A stretch of 64,000 bases of DNA from the human T2T-CHM13v2.0 reference genome, Homo sapiens, in the NCBI RefSeq assembly GCF_009914755.1, contig NC_060936.1; one strand, 5' to 3'. The notes below the pieces were generated by a model. It saw nothing but the letters and a program-made list of their open reading frames with translations, did not search any database and was not told where the DNA came from. The first letter of the stretch is position 1; every line of letters starts with the position of its first letter. Of this stretch, positions 15,718-30,439 are shown piece by piece. The position numbers were made by a program, and so were the translations under genes.

Positions 15718-16960
15718 TCACGGTCATAGCACGTCACAGTGGATTGTACACTGCAATCCATGGTTGCAGGTCCCTAGTGGATATGAATTTGGGAGGGACA
15801 CTGTGCAGTCCACTGTACCATGGTCATAGCCAGGACCTGTTCCTGCCTTCTAGGACAAGAGTGGAGAAAAGGGAAAGAAAGCAGAAGCCTGGGTGGGCTC
15901 AGGGTTTGCCCAGGTGCTCTTGAGATGGACAAAGAATGGGCGAAAATCCCTTGGGCTTTTAAAAGGTTGTGTGGCCGGGAGGGACTGGAGCCCTGGGCGA
16001 GATGCCTGCCTGAGTGAGGTGGGGTTGCCGGGCACAGTCAGACTGTGTGAAGACTGTGTGAGTGTGAGATTATCCTGGGCAGAACTAAACAGCTTTCTGG
16101 ACTCAAGGGGAGGAGGCAGGTTTGGAGTTAATGCCCCGCCATGCTTGAGTAGCTTAAATAAAGGTTACCTGGACTATTTCCTTTCTCCAGCAGCTACGTT
16201 ACTCTGTCTCTGAAGCCATGGGGGAACCCCAGAGGCAGACATCAGCGTGTCCAGGTTGTAAAATCAGACTTGGAGCGCCAGGCAGGGAAGAAAGCACTTC
16301 GGCATGTTTTCTGCCTCACTGCAAAATAAATGTATAAGCATTCCAGGGAAACTGCAGGGAGAGGGGAACATTCTTCAGCAGGCGAGGAAGGATAAATGCA
16401 AAGTAAACGTATAAGGCTTATAATTACTCATTTGAAGTGTGTAAAATGTAATTAATATGATCTGTGTTGCAGTGCTGTCTCTCTTGTTTTATTTAAGTGA
16501 ACATAAAATGTAATTTATGAGGACTTCCCCAGGTTAACTGCCAATATCAATTCCTTGAACTGCGTTTTTTCCACAGCGTCTTAAGTTTCTCAGCAATAAA
16601 GTTCTTCTACTACTGTGGGGGTTTTCAGGGACAATTTATGCTGAGGTTTGGGGTAGGGGCTGGTTCTCCTTTACCCCAGACACTCACACCCTCCGCCCCT
16701 TAGGCCAGCCTGAAGATGCCAATTCCTATCAGTTATCTTCTCTGTTAATGTGAGGTCTTTTTCATGTCACTGTGATGACAGTGGTATACAGAAAAGGCTT
16801 CTAATAAAATTAAACTCACAAATCTAGGAAGCTACCTTTAAATTTCGAATCTTACTCTTCTATTCATAAGCCTTCAACAGATACATTTAGGGTGGCCTTT
16901 AATTAATATTTGGTCCTTTAACACACTTAATCTTCTGATAACAATTTAAATTGCATCTAA

Positions 16961-17366
<406 letters not shown>

Positions 17367-17450
17367 TAGAAATATGGTGAATCTTAAGATTTATTTATTT
17401 ATTTATTTATTTATTGTTTCAGACTCTTCAATTCGCTAGAGATTAAGTTT

Positions 17451-17504
17451 GTTTTTTGTTTTTTTTTTTTGAGATGGAGTCTCACTCTGTCGCCCGGGCT
17501 GGAG
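17451..17504 (-). mobile_element. Extremely 5'-truncated Alu (34-bp body + tail)
   Basis: T-tract + gagatggagtctcactctgtcgcccgggctggag; TSD gagattaRgttt at 17439-17450 and 17505-17516. Confidence 0.85.
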
Positions 17505-17687
17505 GAGATTAGGTTTTTAAAATGCTCTAGTATTATATATAAACTTAGATTTCAGCTTAAAATTTCAAATCAAATAAATTGTTCAATTAAGTCTTTCATA
17601 TTGTATTGCAATGTAGTTCTATTCAAAGAGGCCAAAATCTTGAAAATATTAATATTATGGGTTGATTCTTAAACATCTCTATACTTA

Positions 17688-17935
17688 TTTTAAAAACAGT
17701 TTTATTGAAATACTATTTACATGTAAAATTCACCCACTTTAAGTGTAGAATTCAATGAATTTTAGCATATTTATAGAGCCGTACAGCATCCCCGCAGTCT
17801 AATTTTAGAACATTTCCATCACCCTAGAAAGAAACTCTGTGTCTATTTATTGTCATTTGCCATCCCCACCCCTGGCCTTAGGCAATTGCTGGTCTACTTT
17901 CTGTGTCTATGTACTTACCAGTTCTGGACATTTTT
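17688..17935 (-). mobile_element. L1MB 3' end
   Basis: aaaattcacccactttaagtgtag...agaacatttccatcacc...ttctggacattt. Confidence 0.8.
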
Positions 17936-18439
17936 TTCACTTCATTTGCAATCATCCTAGGTTTTTAAGAAAACAATTTTGGCATCTCAAACAATATTGG
18001 GGTCACCTTCTCAAGCCACTTTTCGGGTTACAGCCTCAGAAGGCTGAAGCTGCTTTCTTCAGAGCTGAGCTCTGCTCTGAGTGGGTTCCTGTAGCCTATG
18101 ACCCAGACTTGAGTCACAGACTGGCTCATTCCAATGTCTTGCCGCCAAAGACCAGACCCACCCAGGTGGCTTCCTTATGTCTTGATTCCTTCCTTGCCTG
18201 CCTCGGGCTCACAAACAGCTTTAAGACTTAGTTAAGTGAGAGCTGACTGAAGTCCATCCCGGCGATGTTTGACCTAAGGTCACTGTTCTAAAGTTCTGTA
18301 CGTGACAGCCATGCTCCATTGCCCACCTGCCATCCTTACAGCACCAACTTGGAGGCCACCAGCCAACCTGCTCACCAGCAGCCTCTGGGCTCCGCCTCAG
18401 GGTGTTGCTCCACGTCCCAGCAAAACAGCTTAAAAAGCA

Positions 18440-19243
<804 letters not shown>

Positions 19244-19367
19244 GCAAAACTGCAGTTGTATTATTTCTTGCCTTGAAGAACTTATTCAAGGGTTCTAGTT
19301 TGACTACAGAATCAAATGAATGCTTTTTCGGTTTGGCCTCAAATCCTTTTCTGGGATGACTTAAAGT

Positions 19368-19667
<300 letters not shown>

Positions 19668-19849
19668 TCACCCTAGCTGGCCCGTCCCTTGGCTATTAGG
19701 TGCCGCATGACCCTTGTAAGTACCTACACCCAGGCCCCTGGCCTCGTTGGCCCCATCTGGCACAGTTTCTCCCCCTCCTCTTCTCCAGATGGCCTGCACG
19801 TGCGCTGTCTATGTGCGCACCTGTTCCTCATGTCTAGCTGATCCAGCAT

Positions 19850-20010
19850 CCCCAGACTCTTCCAAGATACAAATCCCCTGGGGTGCTCATCAAGCTTGAA
19901 GCTTCCCAGGCCCCTTTGTAGGAGAATCTGATTCAGAAGGGCTGGGAATATATGTTTTTTAAATAAGTACCTCGGATGACTCTTATCAGGAAAGTTTAGA
20001 AGACCTTGGA
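19850..20010. mobile_element. MER5-type DNA transposon fragment
   Basis: aatcccctggggtgct...cccaggcccc...tctgattcag...tttttaaataag...aagtttagaagac. Confidence 0.5.
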
Positions 20011-20067
20011 CTGGGGTGACTGTATTTCAAAACGGTTTAGTTTCCTGTCTTTTGGGAAAGGCACTTC

Positions 20068-21200
<1,133 letters not shown>

Positions 21201-21255
21201 TCTTTATCAATGTTTAACATATTCCATTCATAAGCACCCTCAAATTGAACTCAAA

Positions 21256-21339
21256 GGAAGAGTCAAGTCAAGGCCAGAGGTCCCACAACAGGGCTGGAAA
21301 GCACACCTGTGGGACTTCTGGCCTTGACTTGACTCTTTC
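21256..21339 (+). ncRNA. MIR3922: pre-miRNA hairpin mir-3922 (5p about 21268-21290; 3p UCUGGCCUUGACUUGACUCUUU 21317-21338)
   Basis: Near-perfect ~31-bp stem (gaagagtcaagtcaaggccagaggtcccaca / tgtgggacttctggccttgacttgactcttt) with a 20-nt loop; arms match recalled miR-3922-5p/3p; lies ~10 kb upstream of CHST11 exon 2. Confidence 0.9.
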
Positions 21340-21705
21340 CAGATATCTGAGTCAGACGTTTTCAAAGCATGCACCATGACCCACTGGTGTGTTGTAAAAT
21401 GGATTTAATGAGTTGTGACTAGTAATTCATAAAAGAACAATAGAAAATGTTAGTTTGTCACACATAGTAAGGATAGTACTTTTAAAATAAAACTTGTCTT
21501 GGTTTTCTATATATATTTGTATGTAAATCACATGCAAAAGGAGAAAGGGATGAGGCCAGGAATCAGGAGATCTTCATTTTAGCTGCAACTCGGCCTATAG
21601 CCAGCAGTGTGTCCTTGGACAGATCACCTTCTATCCTGCACGTCCATTTCTTTACCTGTAAAATGGGGTTAGGGATGAGGTGGTTTAATCTTTTAATGCC
21701 TGGCA

Positions 21706-21815
21706 CCTCCTCCCCTCCCCTACCCTCTTCTCCCCTCCTCTCCCCTCCCATCTCCTCTCCTCCCTTCCCCTTCTCTCCCTTACTCTCCCTTTCTCTCTTC
21801 TCCCTTCCCATCTCT
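21706..21815. repeat. CT-rich low-complexity tract
   Basis: (cctct)n-like pyrimidine run. Confidence 0.8.
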
Positions 21816-21875
21816 CATGCTCTCAGTGGGTGGGCAGCATACCCCACTGGCCAGGAGGATTATGTTTGAGGTTTG

Positions 21876-22241
21876 TGTCTTAATCTGTTCAGGGTGCTAC
21901 AACAAAATACCATAAACTGGGTGGCTTATACACAACAGAAATTTATTCCTCACAGTTCTGGAGGCTGGGAAGTCCAAGACCAAAGCATTGGCAGATTTGG
22001 TGTCTGGTGAGGCCCTGCTTTCTGGTTCATAGACAGTCCCTTCTTGCTATGTCCTCACATGGTGGAGGGGGTAAGTGGTCTTTTTTGGGACGTCTTTTAT
22101 AAGGGCACTAATTCCATTTAAGAGGGCTCTACCCCCATGACCAAATCACCTTCCAAAGTCCCCACCCTCTAAAATGATTATCTTGGGGGTTAATATTTTA
22201 ACATGAATTTTAGTGGGGACACAAACATCCAGATTATAGCA
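21876..22241 (-). mobile_element. MLT1A-type MaLR solo LTR
   Basis: tgtcttaatctgttcagggtgctacaacaaaatacc...ggggacacaaacatccagattatagca; TSD (g/c)tttg. Confidence 0.85.
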
Positions 22242-23267
22242 CTTTGCGTCCTGCCATTTCTCTTGCTCAGTCAGAATCAGTTTTGAGGATACTTTCCCTA
22301 ACCACGTAGATTCATTCTCTTTCCTTCTGTGAAAGTCATTGGACTAGGTGGTCTCTAAAGGGCCCTTTTTGTCTTAGATGTGCCTGATGGTGCACTAACC
22401 TGTCAGGTTGACAACTGATTTGTACTTGGACAGGGATCTTATACTTTCGGAAGTAGGCATGCTGTCTGGGCATGTTTCTGCAGATGGGCCAGAATTCTCT
22501 AAAAGAGGGAATGGGTTGGCTGCTGGGGCCATTGGTTTGGGGGACTCCATTTGGTGACCCAGTTCTTCTCCTGGCCGGTAAATATTTTAATGTATACAGT
22601 ATATTCTTCAAAGCTGAGTATTAGAGTCCCCACTGGAAGGCTTCCATGTCAGTAAATCTCACGGCTCTTGGATGAATCTGCGTCTTTTCCCAAGCTATAC
22701 CAAGCACATTCACGTAATTCTTAGATTTACTCCCTTGACCTTCATCTGCCAAGTTTAATTCACTTTAGTTCTTACAACCACCTTCTACAGGCTGGGCGTC
22801 GGGAGGGGCTCTTGCTTTGAGGAGCTGGAGTAGGAGAGGCCAACACGGGAATGGCTATGATATAGGTTCAGATTATTCTCAAATCAAATCAACCCCAAAT
22901 CCCTCAGTATTCTTCAGTGAATTTGCTTATAGGGTCTCCAGTAAGGAGAGAGAGATTTGGGAATGGTTTTAATGGCTCTGAATTGTCCCTGTGGGAGGGA
23001 CTGGGTGAGGGAAGGAATGGGAAGTTGGAAAACTTAAGTTTGATAATGGCATGAATGACAGGTTAGGCTGAACCCTATTTTCACCTCACTGTTTCGAGGC
23101 TCCTGAAAAGTCAGTTGTGAATACAAGCGTGCTGAATGTTTTGTAAAGCTCCTGAAAGCCTGATTGGTGGGAGGATATCGGGTCAACATTTGGGACTGCC
23201 TATTTGCTTGGTCTCTGTCAGTCCCAAATATCTGTAAGCTGTGACATGTCCCATTTCCCAGGAGTGG

Positions 23268-23420
23268 GGGAAAGCATGCTGGTTTGTGGGTTTGAATCCC
23301 AACTCTGACATTCACTAGCTATGTCGCTGGGTCAGTCCTTAACTTCTTTGAGCCTCAGCTTCCTTGTCTGTAAAATGGGTGTGATACCACCTACCTCCTG
23401 GCTGGTGGTAAGTAATAGAG
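23268..23420 (+). mobile_element. MIR
   Basis: gggtttgaatccc...gagcctcagcttccttgtctgtaaaatggg. Confidence 0.7.
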
Positions 23421-24247
23421 AGAGACAGTAATAAAGGCTCATGTTTACTGGGTCTTGGAGAGTTCATTTAAGGCACATCACAGCAGCATGAGAGCATATC
23501 ATATTAATTTTTCTTTTTGATTTAACTACTTTGGCTAAGGTAATTAGACCACTTTGAGGAAGCATTGGCACTTTGAGAAGAATTTTTCAGGAGAGAACAT
23601 GCTAACTCCTCTTCTTTGTTCATTTGCTATTAGTAAGTCATTTGGTCTGATACCCTTTAGTAGAATATCTTTGGTTAAGTCCTCAGATCACTTGATCTGT
23701 TGTTTTTATTCATTTGACACAAACATACCGAGTACCTGCTATGCACGGAGCACTTAGGCAGTGGACAGGTAGAGAGGGGCAAACCTGGCAGGTGAGGGGC
23801 TTGGCCAGGCCCAGGTGTGATCTCCAGCCCTGCTTTGGGACCTCTGGCCATTCTCTCCCCACACTGGGCCCAGTATTTTCCTCTGCAAATGAGCAGGAGT
23901 GACCAGACGAGGGCTAAGAAACCCTCAGACTCCAAACATGAGTTTGGATTCAAAGAGCTACAGGATCCTTGAAACAAAATGAAATCTCACAGAGATAGTG
24001 GTTCCTGGGTATTTTTAAATCTCGGAGTGGATTAGCTTCAGATGTAGTTTTCGGGAGGACTTACTGGCTTCTGTTTACCTCTCATATTTATGAGAACGGT
24101 TTAGGATTGAACCAAGTCTAAGCCAAACTGTGATGTAGAAGGCTTCGGGCTTCTGTACTCTCCCTCCTCTTCTCCCCCCTCCCCGCTTTTATTTTGCTTT
24201 TTCTTCTCTTTCCTCCAGTTCTGGTATTCCTTCCAGAAATCAACTTA

Positions 24248-24605
<358 letters not shown>

Positions 24606-25143
24606 AGGAGAGTGTTGGCAGTGCTGAACTCAACATAATGTTAGTCATTGCTAAGGAGAGCTTCAAGGTGCCTCTGTTAGAGGTCAGATTCTTCCCACTC
24701 TGAGATCCCCTAACTCTGATTCCCTCCTGGGAGAGCTTCAGGTTGCAGCTGGGTTACCGAGACAAGGAGTTTGTCCTAAAAGCTACCCCTGTGGCCCATG
24801 CCCCACTGAGCTACAGACTACCAGCTCTGCTTCTATATAAGGTTTTTTTTGGAGGGGATGTCACTATTTTTGTGTTATTATTAGAAAATGATAAAAACCT
24901 CACCACCAGGGGTTTTAAAACCCTGGTGGATTGTAACCAGGTAGAGATTGTTCTCACAGCTAGGTGTTGCTTTTCCATTCCCTGCCTCTCCTGGCCTCAG
25001 ATTCTTTCCTCCTACACCAATTACTGTTTCACTGCTCCCCACCCACCACGCCTTCCACCTTGACTCCCCAAACCTGAGCAATTCTAGGGCTTGTTTAACC
25101 CATGGTTCTACAGGGAGATGCCCCACCGCCCTGTGTTTGGAAG

Positions 25144-25495
25144 TTAGGAATTTAGAGTTGGAAGGGACTTAGCGATCACCTGGTTGAACCTCTTCACCTG
25201 ACGAAGGAGAAAACGAGGCCCAGGGAGACCTTGTTCAAAGTGAAGATCTTAGTTTGGTGGCAGAGCCAGGGCTGGGATCCAGCTCTGTGGCTTTCCACAT
25301 GGACAGTTTTTGAGTGCCATGGACCAGGCTAGTTGAGTGCCATGGACCAGGTGCCATTTCATTCCCACTACCACCTTATAATACAGGCATTATTAACTGC
25401 ATTGCATAGTTGAGTTTCAGAGATTAGGAAGTTGACCCAAGGTCCCAAGCCTAGTTAATGGGTAAAACTAGGACTTGAATCCAATTCTGGTTGAA
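25144..25495 (-). mobile_element. MIR3 + MIR fragments
   Basis: gagttggaagggacttag...gaaaacgaggcccagggag; gacccaaggtcccaagcctagttaatgg. Confidence 0.55.
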
Positions 25496-25519
25496 GCTTC
25501 TCCTTCCAAAGGGTGTTGC

Positions 25520-25631
25520 TGGGTGAGCAACTCATCTTGGTTTGCCTGGAACTTACTTGGTTTTAGCACTCAAAGTCCTGAATCCTGGGGATCTCCTTGG
25601 ACCAGGCAAACTAGACTGGTTGGTCACTCTA
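25520..25631. mobile_element. MER81 (hAT-Blackjack MITE)
   Basis: TIRs tgggtgagcaac / gttggtcactcta; internal ggtttgcctgg...ttttagcact...aaagtcc...ggcaaac. Confidence 0.75.
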
Positions 25632-26141
25632 GTTTCATCACAGTGACCTCAGAAGAGGATGAGGGAGAGCTGGGAGATTTAATGTCCTTTGAGGGCTGAC
25701 TTTGGGTCCCCCAGGTACAAAACAGAATTGCCTGTCTTTGCAGGAGCAGCTCCTTCTGAAGGAGCTGGGTATTGCTCACTCCTCTAACTTGATGAGGTTG
25801 AATCAGACACTGTTCTGTCTTGACAGATGGGCTGGGCCACACTGCTAGGGTTCCAGCATGAATTTGTGCATTTGGAAAAAACGTTTCTGCAACTGCATTG
25901 CTGCTCTGCACTCTCAGAGTGTGGAGCAGATGAATCATGCCCAGCCTGTTAGCAAGTCCGGAGATTTGGAAAGTGTCCGAAGTCAACCGAGTATTAGAGT
26001 TGTTTTGCCAGCGGAAGGAGCAGAGACCCATCTGGACTTGGGTGATTTAGTACAGCAGTGCTTCATTTCGAAATGTTGAGGGAAGTGACAGTCCAAAAAT
26101 GGTAGGAGTTGTAAGGGTAAAAGCGTCTTTTACTGCCTTTC

Positions 26142-26560
26142 GAGACAGCACGGTGAAGAGCACCAGTGCTGGAAATAAACAGACGTGGGTTGTCAATTTG
26201 CTACTTGCCCTTGCTGCTTGCTGACTGTGTGATCTTGGACAAGTTACTTAACCTCTCTGGGCTTCAGTTTTCTCAAGTGCAAAGTGGGACTAGATGATAT
26301 CATTATTACATCTAACTTAAAGGGTTTTTTTATGAGGATTCAATGAAACAATGTGAGAAAAAGGCTGAGCATTGTGTCAGGCATCAGATACATGGTACAT
26401 TCTCGCTACGTGGTAGTTTATTTTGTGAGATATGACTTCCGTCCCTGGTTCTGCTGCTAGCTACACTGGGCAGTTCAGGCAAGCATGTAAGGTCTCCGAG
26501 TTTCTTCTGTAAATCGAGGGGATTGGCCTATACTCGAATCCCTTGGAATTCTGAATGTCT
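26142..26560 (+). mobile_element. MIR + MIR3
   Basis: ctgtgtgatcttggacaagttacttaacctctctgggcttcagtttt. Confidence 0.75.
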
Positions 26561-27210
26561 TTGGTTTTAGGACATGCGTGAGAGGCAAGTTCCTACTCAG
26601 GGTCCCACAGTATTTCAGTTCTATGTCTTCAGACCTGAATTAACAATCCAGCATCTCCCCTGCATTCCAGCAGCACTGAGAGGGGTCACAGGGAGTCGCC
26701 CAGAGAACCAGGTGGGCTTCATTCCTTTGTCCTGAGCCAGCTCTCCGTGGGCTGCTCTCAGTTAGCAGACTGGGAATGGAGTGTCCACTTGAAAACAACG
26801 TGCTCTTCATTACAATGAAACAAACACGAGCGGCTTGAGTTTAATTTTAGCTTCATTTATGTATCGTGGGAGATATAGAACTGTTCCTGGGTCCAAGAAA
26901 TCATACTGTAAATTGAGCTAATTAGATTCTTTAAAAAAAAATCTTTAATCCCATTGATTTGAGTTTAGAGAGGAGAAAACAAGTGTTGTGGCTAAATAAA
27001 ACTCCCAGTGGGCGGGGTGGACAGCAGAAGCCTGCCGTTAAATGTCCTCAGGGCCTCAGGGATTTCTTTTGCGGGGCTTTTGATCATCAGACCTTTCATT
27101 TTTCAAAGGAAAAAAAAATAACCATAGCCTAATGCTACTGGCAGTTTTCTCCTTATATAGCAAGAACCAAACCTCTCTGATGCTCTTAAAGGAAGTGTTA
27201 AATCTTCTAT

Positions 27211-27357
27211 CATTCATAAACCTTTTGAGTACCTACTACGTGCCAAGCACCACAGCAACAAATGAATAGGTTAGAGAGAGGCTCTATCCCCAAACCCAGT
27301 GCCTGGCGAGTTGCCCTGCACATCGTAGGTGCTTGATAAAAACTTGTCGAATGAATG
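27211..27357. mobile_element. Two L2 3' tails in inverted orientation
   Basis: cattcat...gagtacctactacgtgcc and gcacatcgtaggtgcttgataaa...gaatgaatg. Confidence 0.55.
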
Positions 27358-27509
27358 AGTGTAATGAAACCATTAATTAATAGTTTGCCATCACAGCATT
27401 TTGATGAATCCTGTTGTATTTTGGACTTGTCCTGGAAGTGGCCAGCCAACCAGGTCTCAGGCCAGGAGGAGACTAGGGAGATGTTTGACTTACCTGTCAG
27501 TGAAGAGGT

Positions 27510-27730
27510 GACCCAGTGTGGCAGCTGAGACCATGGGCTGTCTAAGGCAGAATTCTGTCTCCACCTCTTTCTAGTCATGAGACCTGGGCAAGTTACCTAA
27601 CCCTGCCATGCCTCAGTATTCTCATCAGTAAAGTGAGAATGGTAGTAGTACCCGCACCATGGGACTGTTGTGGGGATTAAATATGTGAACTGCTTGGCGA
27701 AGCATTGGTGCCCTCTAAAAGTTAGCTGCC
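27510..27730 (+). mobile_element. MIR
   Basis: ctgggcaagttacctaacc...gcctcagtattctcatcagtaaagtgag. Confidence 0.7.
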
Positions 27731-28139
27731 ACCATCTGGGCCTTGGTTACTCAAACTTCCCTAATGCCACTTGTAAGATACATGTGAGGTGAATATACTC
27801 ATGTGCATAATTGCTGGTCCTTCCTTTGCATCCCAGGCAACAGAGTAGGTCCTCATTGTTACCATTTACATATGACTAGCCCAGAAGTCATTTGTGGCCC
27901 CTGGAAACCAAAAGCCCCCAGTGGTCTAAACCTGAGAGGGTACAGTGGAGCTCAGCTTCTAGGGAGGGTCCGAACCTTCGCACAGCATCAGCAGTAGGAG
28001 ATGTTCTACAGCTCTTATTGTAGATGCTACAGTGTCTCCTGAGGTAGATGGAGCCAGGTTGTGTGGAAATTGTTTATTCTGTAATTGGATGCTCAAGAAT
28101 CAGAAAGCATAAAGAGTATAATTTGTGTCTCTCTTCCCC

Positions 28140-28310
28140 ATGGTGGGGAAGTCTTATTAAAATGCAGATTCCTGGGCCTTAACTTCCATCTCCCCCTCCT
28201 TCTGATTCAACAACTCTGGGATGAAGCCCAAGAATGTGCCCAGAAATCTGCTTTTTTAACAAGCAATATCATGGGGAAAGTGAGTAGGGCACACGTTGAG
28301 AAACTCTAGT
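28140..28310. mobile_element. MER5-type DNA transposon
   Basis: ttaaaatgcagattcctgggcc...tctgattca...aatctgctttttaacaagc...gttgagaaac. Confidence 0.65.
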
Positions 28311-28869
28311 TTTTGGAACATGACACGGAGGATTTGGGGAACTTTATCTTTTCTTGACTCTCCTTCTCATCCTTCCACAGATCACTGGGCCCCTCCTGAG
28401 TCGTCTGGCTCCTTCTTTCCTCTTGGGGAGAGATAAAGTGCTGGCCCAAGCCTCCCACCCTGGTGGGCGGGGTGGGCCTTGACTCAGTGGTCTGTATCCT
28501 CGTGGCCAGCTGGCCTAGCTGAGTTGGGCAGCACCTGTCAGTCTCGAGGCTCAGCTTGGCTCCTTTCCACTCACATGACCTTGACCATGGCCAAGTGCCT
28601 GCAGCTAAGGGAGGCGCGGAGGGGTTATCTGTAAAATGCAGGTACTTCCTTTACCGTGGGAAGGATCACACTGCACCGACTGCCTGTTGCATAGCGAGCA
28701 CTCCAGAAACGGTGGGGTTGTTATCATTCCCATAAAAGGCACACAAGGCCCCTTTAGCTTTTGTGGTCTGGGGAGCCAAGGCCGGTTCCCATGGCACCCA
28801 GTGAAGTCACGGGCAGGGCTGATGGCTGTGGGCAAAGAACCCAAGGTTCAGGCCCCACACGGTCAAAGC

Positions 28870-29175
28870 ATTTTAAAGGCCTTGTATTAGACAAATAAAC
28901 CAATTAAATAATACTGCCCCCCATAAAAGCAGACTTTTAATGGATTCCATGGTAGGCTTTTCACCGCGCGGTCCCGGAGCCATGGGCCTCGATGAGCCCG
29001 TCTGCCGCCATAGGGAGAATTTAATCTTGCCCGGCATGGGCATAATTTTACGAGTTTTATGGCTGTTTTTACTTCTCCGAAGTGTTGCTATGTCATTGTG
29101 CACCAAGGGCAACTTGCGTGCATTTCACAGTTTACCTCCTTTTTGGTGGAAATGAAAAATGAAGTCATAAATTAA
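28870..29175. promoter_or_regulatory. Candidate enhancer: posterior HOX/CDX motif cluster with CpG-retaining core
   Basis: cccataaaa 28920-28928, ttttacgag 29046-29054, ttttatggc 29055-29063, gtcataaa 29164-29171; non-repeat sequence. Confidence 0.45.
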
Positions 29176-29390
29176 AGAAAAACACAACATAGAATTTTTT
29201 TCCGTCTTCTTGGGGCAACTGGAGGAACAAAGAACCAGTGTTTCTCTGTACAGCCTGATCAAATTCTAATGGCTTTAATGTATTGACATTTGCCTGCGAT
29301 TCCCTCCTCCCCAGGGAAGACTGTGGGCATGTAGCTATGTTTGGAGCTTGTACTACTGACCCCGAGAAGACCTGGGGCAGTTCTCTAGGG

Positions 29391-29691
29391 CAAGGGTTGG
29401 CAAACTGTAGCCCAAGGGCCAAATCTGGCCCACTGCCCATTTTTGTTCATTGGTGGAAAAAACTCAAAAGAAGAATAATATTTTCTGACACATGAAAATT
29501 AGATGACATTTTCCCAGATTTCCCTGTTCATCAGTGAAGTTTTGTTGGCACCCAGCCACACCCATTCATTTCTGTATCGTTTGGGGAGGATTTCACACCA
29601 CAGTGGCCCTGCGGAAGAGTTATGACAGAGACTGCAGGGTGCAAAGCCTAAATACTGTTTGGCCCCTTACAGAAAATTTTGCTGACCCCTG
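29391..29691. mobile_element. MER58B-like hAT-Charlie
   Basis: TIRs caagggttggcaaac / tttgctgacccctg; 8-bp TSD ctctaggg/ccctagga. Confidence 0.85.
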
Positions 29692-30084
29692 CCCTAGGAA
29701 GTCAAGGAAAAGGAAAGAGAAAACATGGCATCTTGTTTCTGGGCATTGATGATTGACTTTCAGAGTTTCCACGTGGCTCAAAGTGACAAGTCAACGGAGG
29801 CTCACCTGAGCAGTAGTTTTTCCTCCGGAGACCTTCCAGATGTCATCAGCTGCTTTTGGATGACTCTCCTCCCTTTCCTGACCTCAGATTGACTTCTAAG
29901 CAGAGGTCCCTGGGCTAACCCCCTGCAGCCAGCCCTCCCAGTCATTTGAGCTGCACCCTGCTTGAGGTCTGGTCACTCCTCATCAGTCCCCTTGATAGCC
30001 ACAAATAGAGAAGTTCCCGCCTTCCTCCCAGGGGGATCTAAAATAGCTTCTGAAATTTGTCACCAACACTTTTAAACTGTGGCT

Positions 30085-30310
30085 TTTGGCCAGGCACAGT
30101 TTTAAGCATTCTGCACATAGTAGTTACTCATTTAATCTTCACATCCAACCCAGGAAGTTAGATGCCCCTGTCATTCCCATTTTACAGACAAAGAAGCAGA
30201 GACACAGAGAGGTTAGGTAGTTTCCTTAAGGTCACACAGCTGGTAGTGGTAGAGCCAGTATTGAAACCCAGGCTGTCTGTTCCAGGGAATGTCCTGCTGT
30301 CCATTCATTG
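30085..30310 (-). mobile_element. MIR
   Basis: cccattttacagacaaagaagcagagacacagagaggttagg...aaggtcacacagct. Confidence 0.75.
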
Positions 30311-30439
30311 CCTCTGTGGAGCAGGTGAATTCTTTAGGCTCATGAAAGGATCTAGTTTTCCTTGTTCCACTCATGCCACTGTTGCACCTCAAACCATAAG
30401 AAAACTGCCTCGTACTTGAGAAGAAAGCCCCATTTATTC

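Noticed and set aside
21352-21520. Adjacent hAT-like fragment as the source of the MIR3922 hairpin
   Set aside because: It starts after the hairpin and shares no visible sequence with the arms; its family could not be assigned by eye
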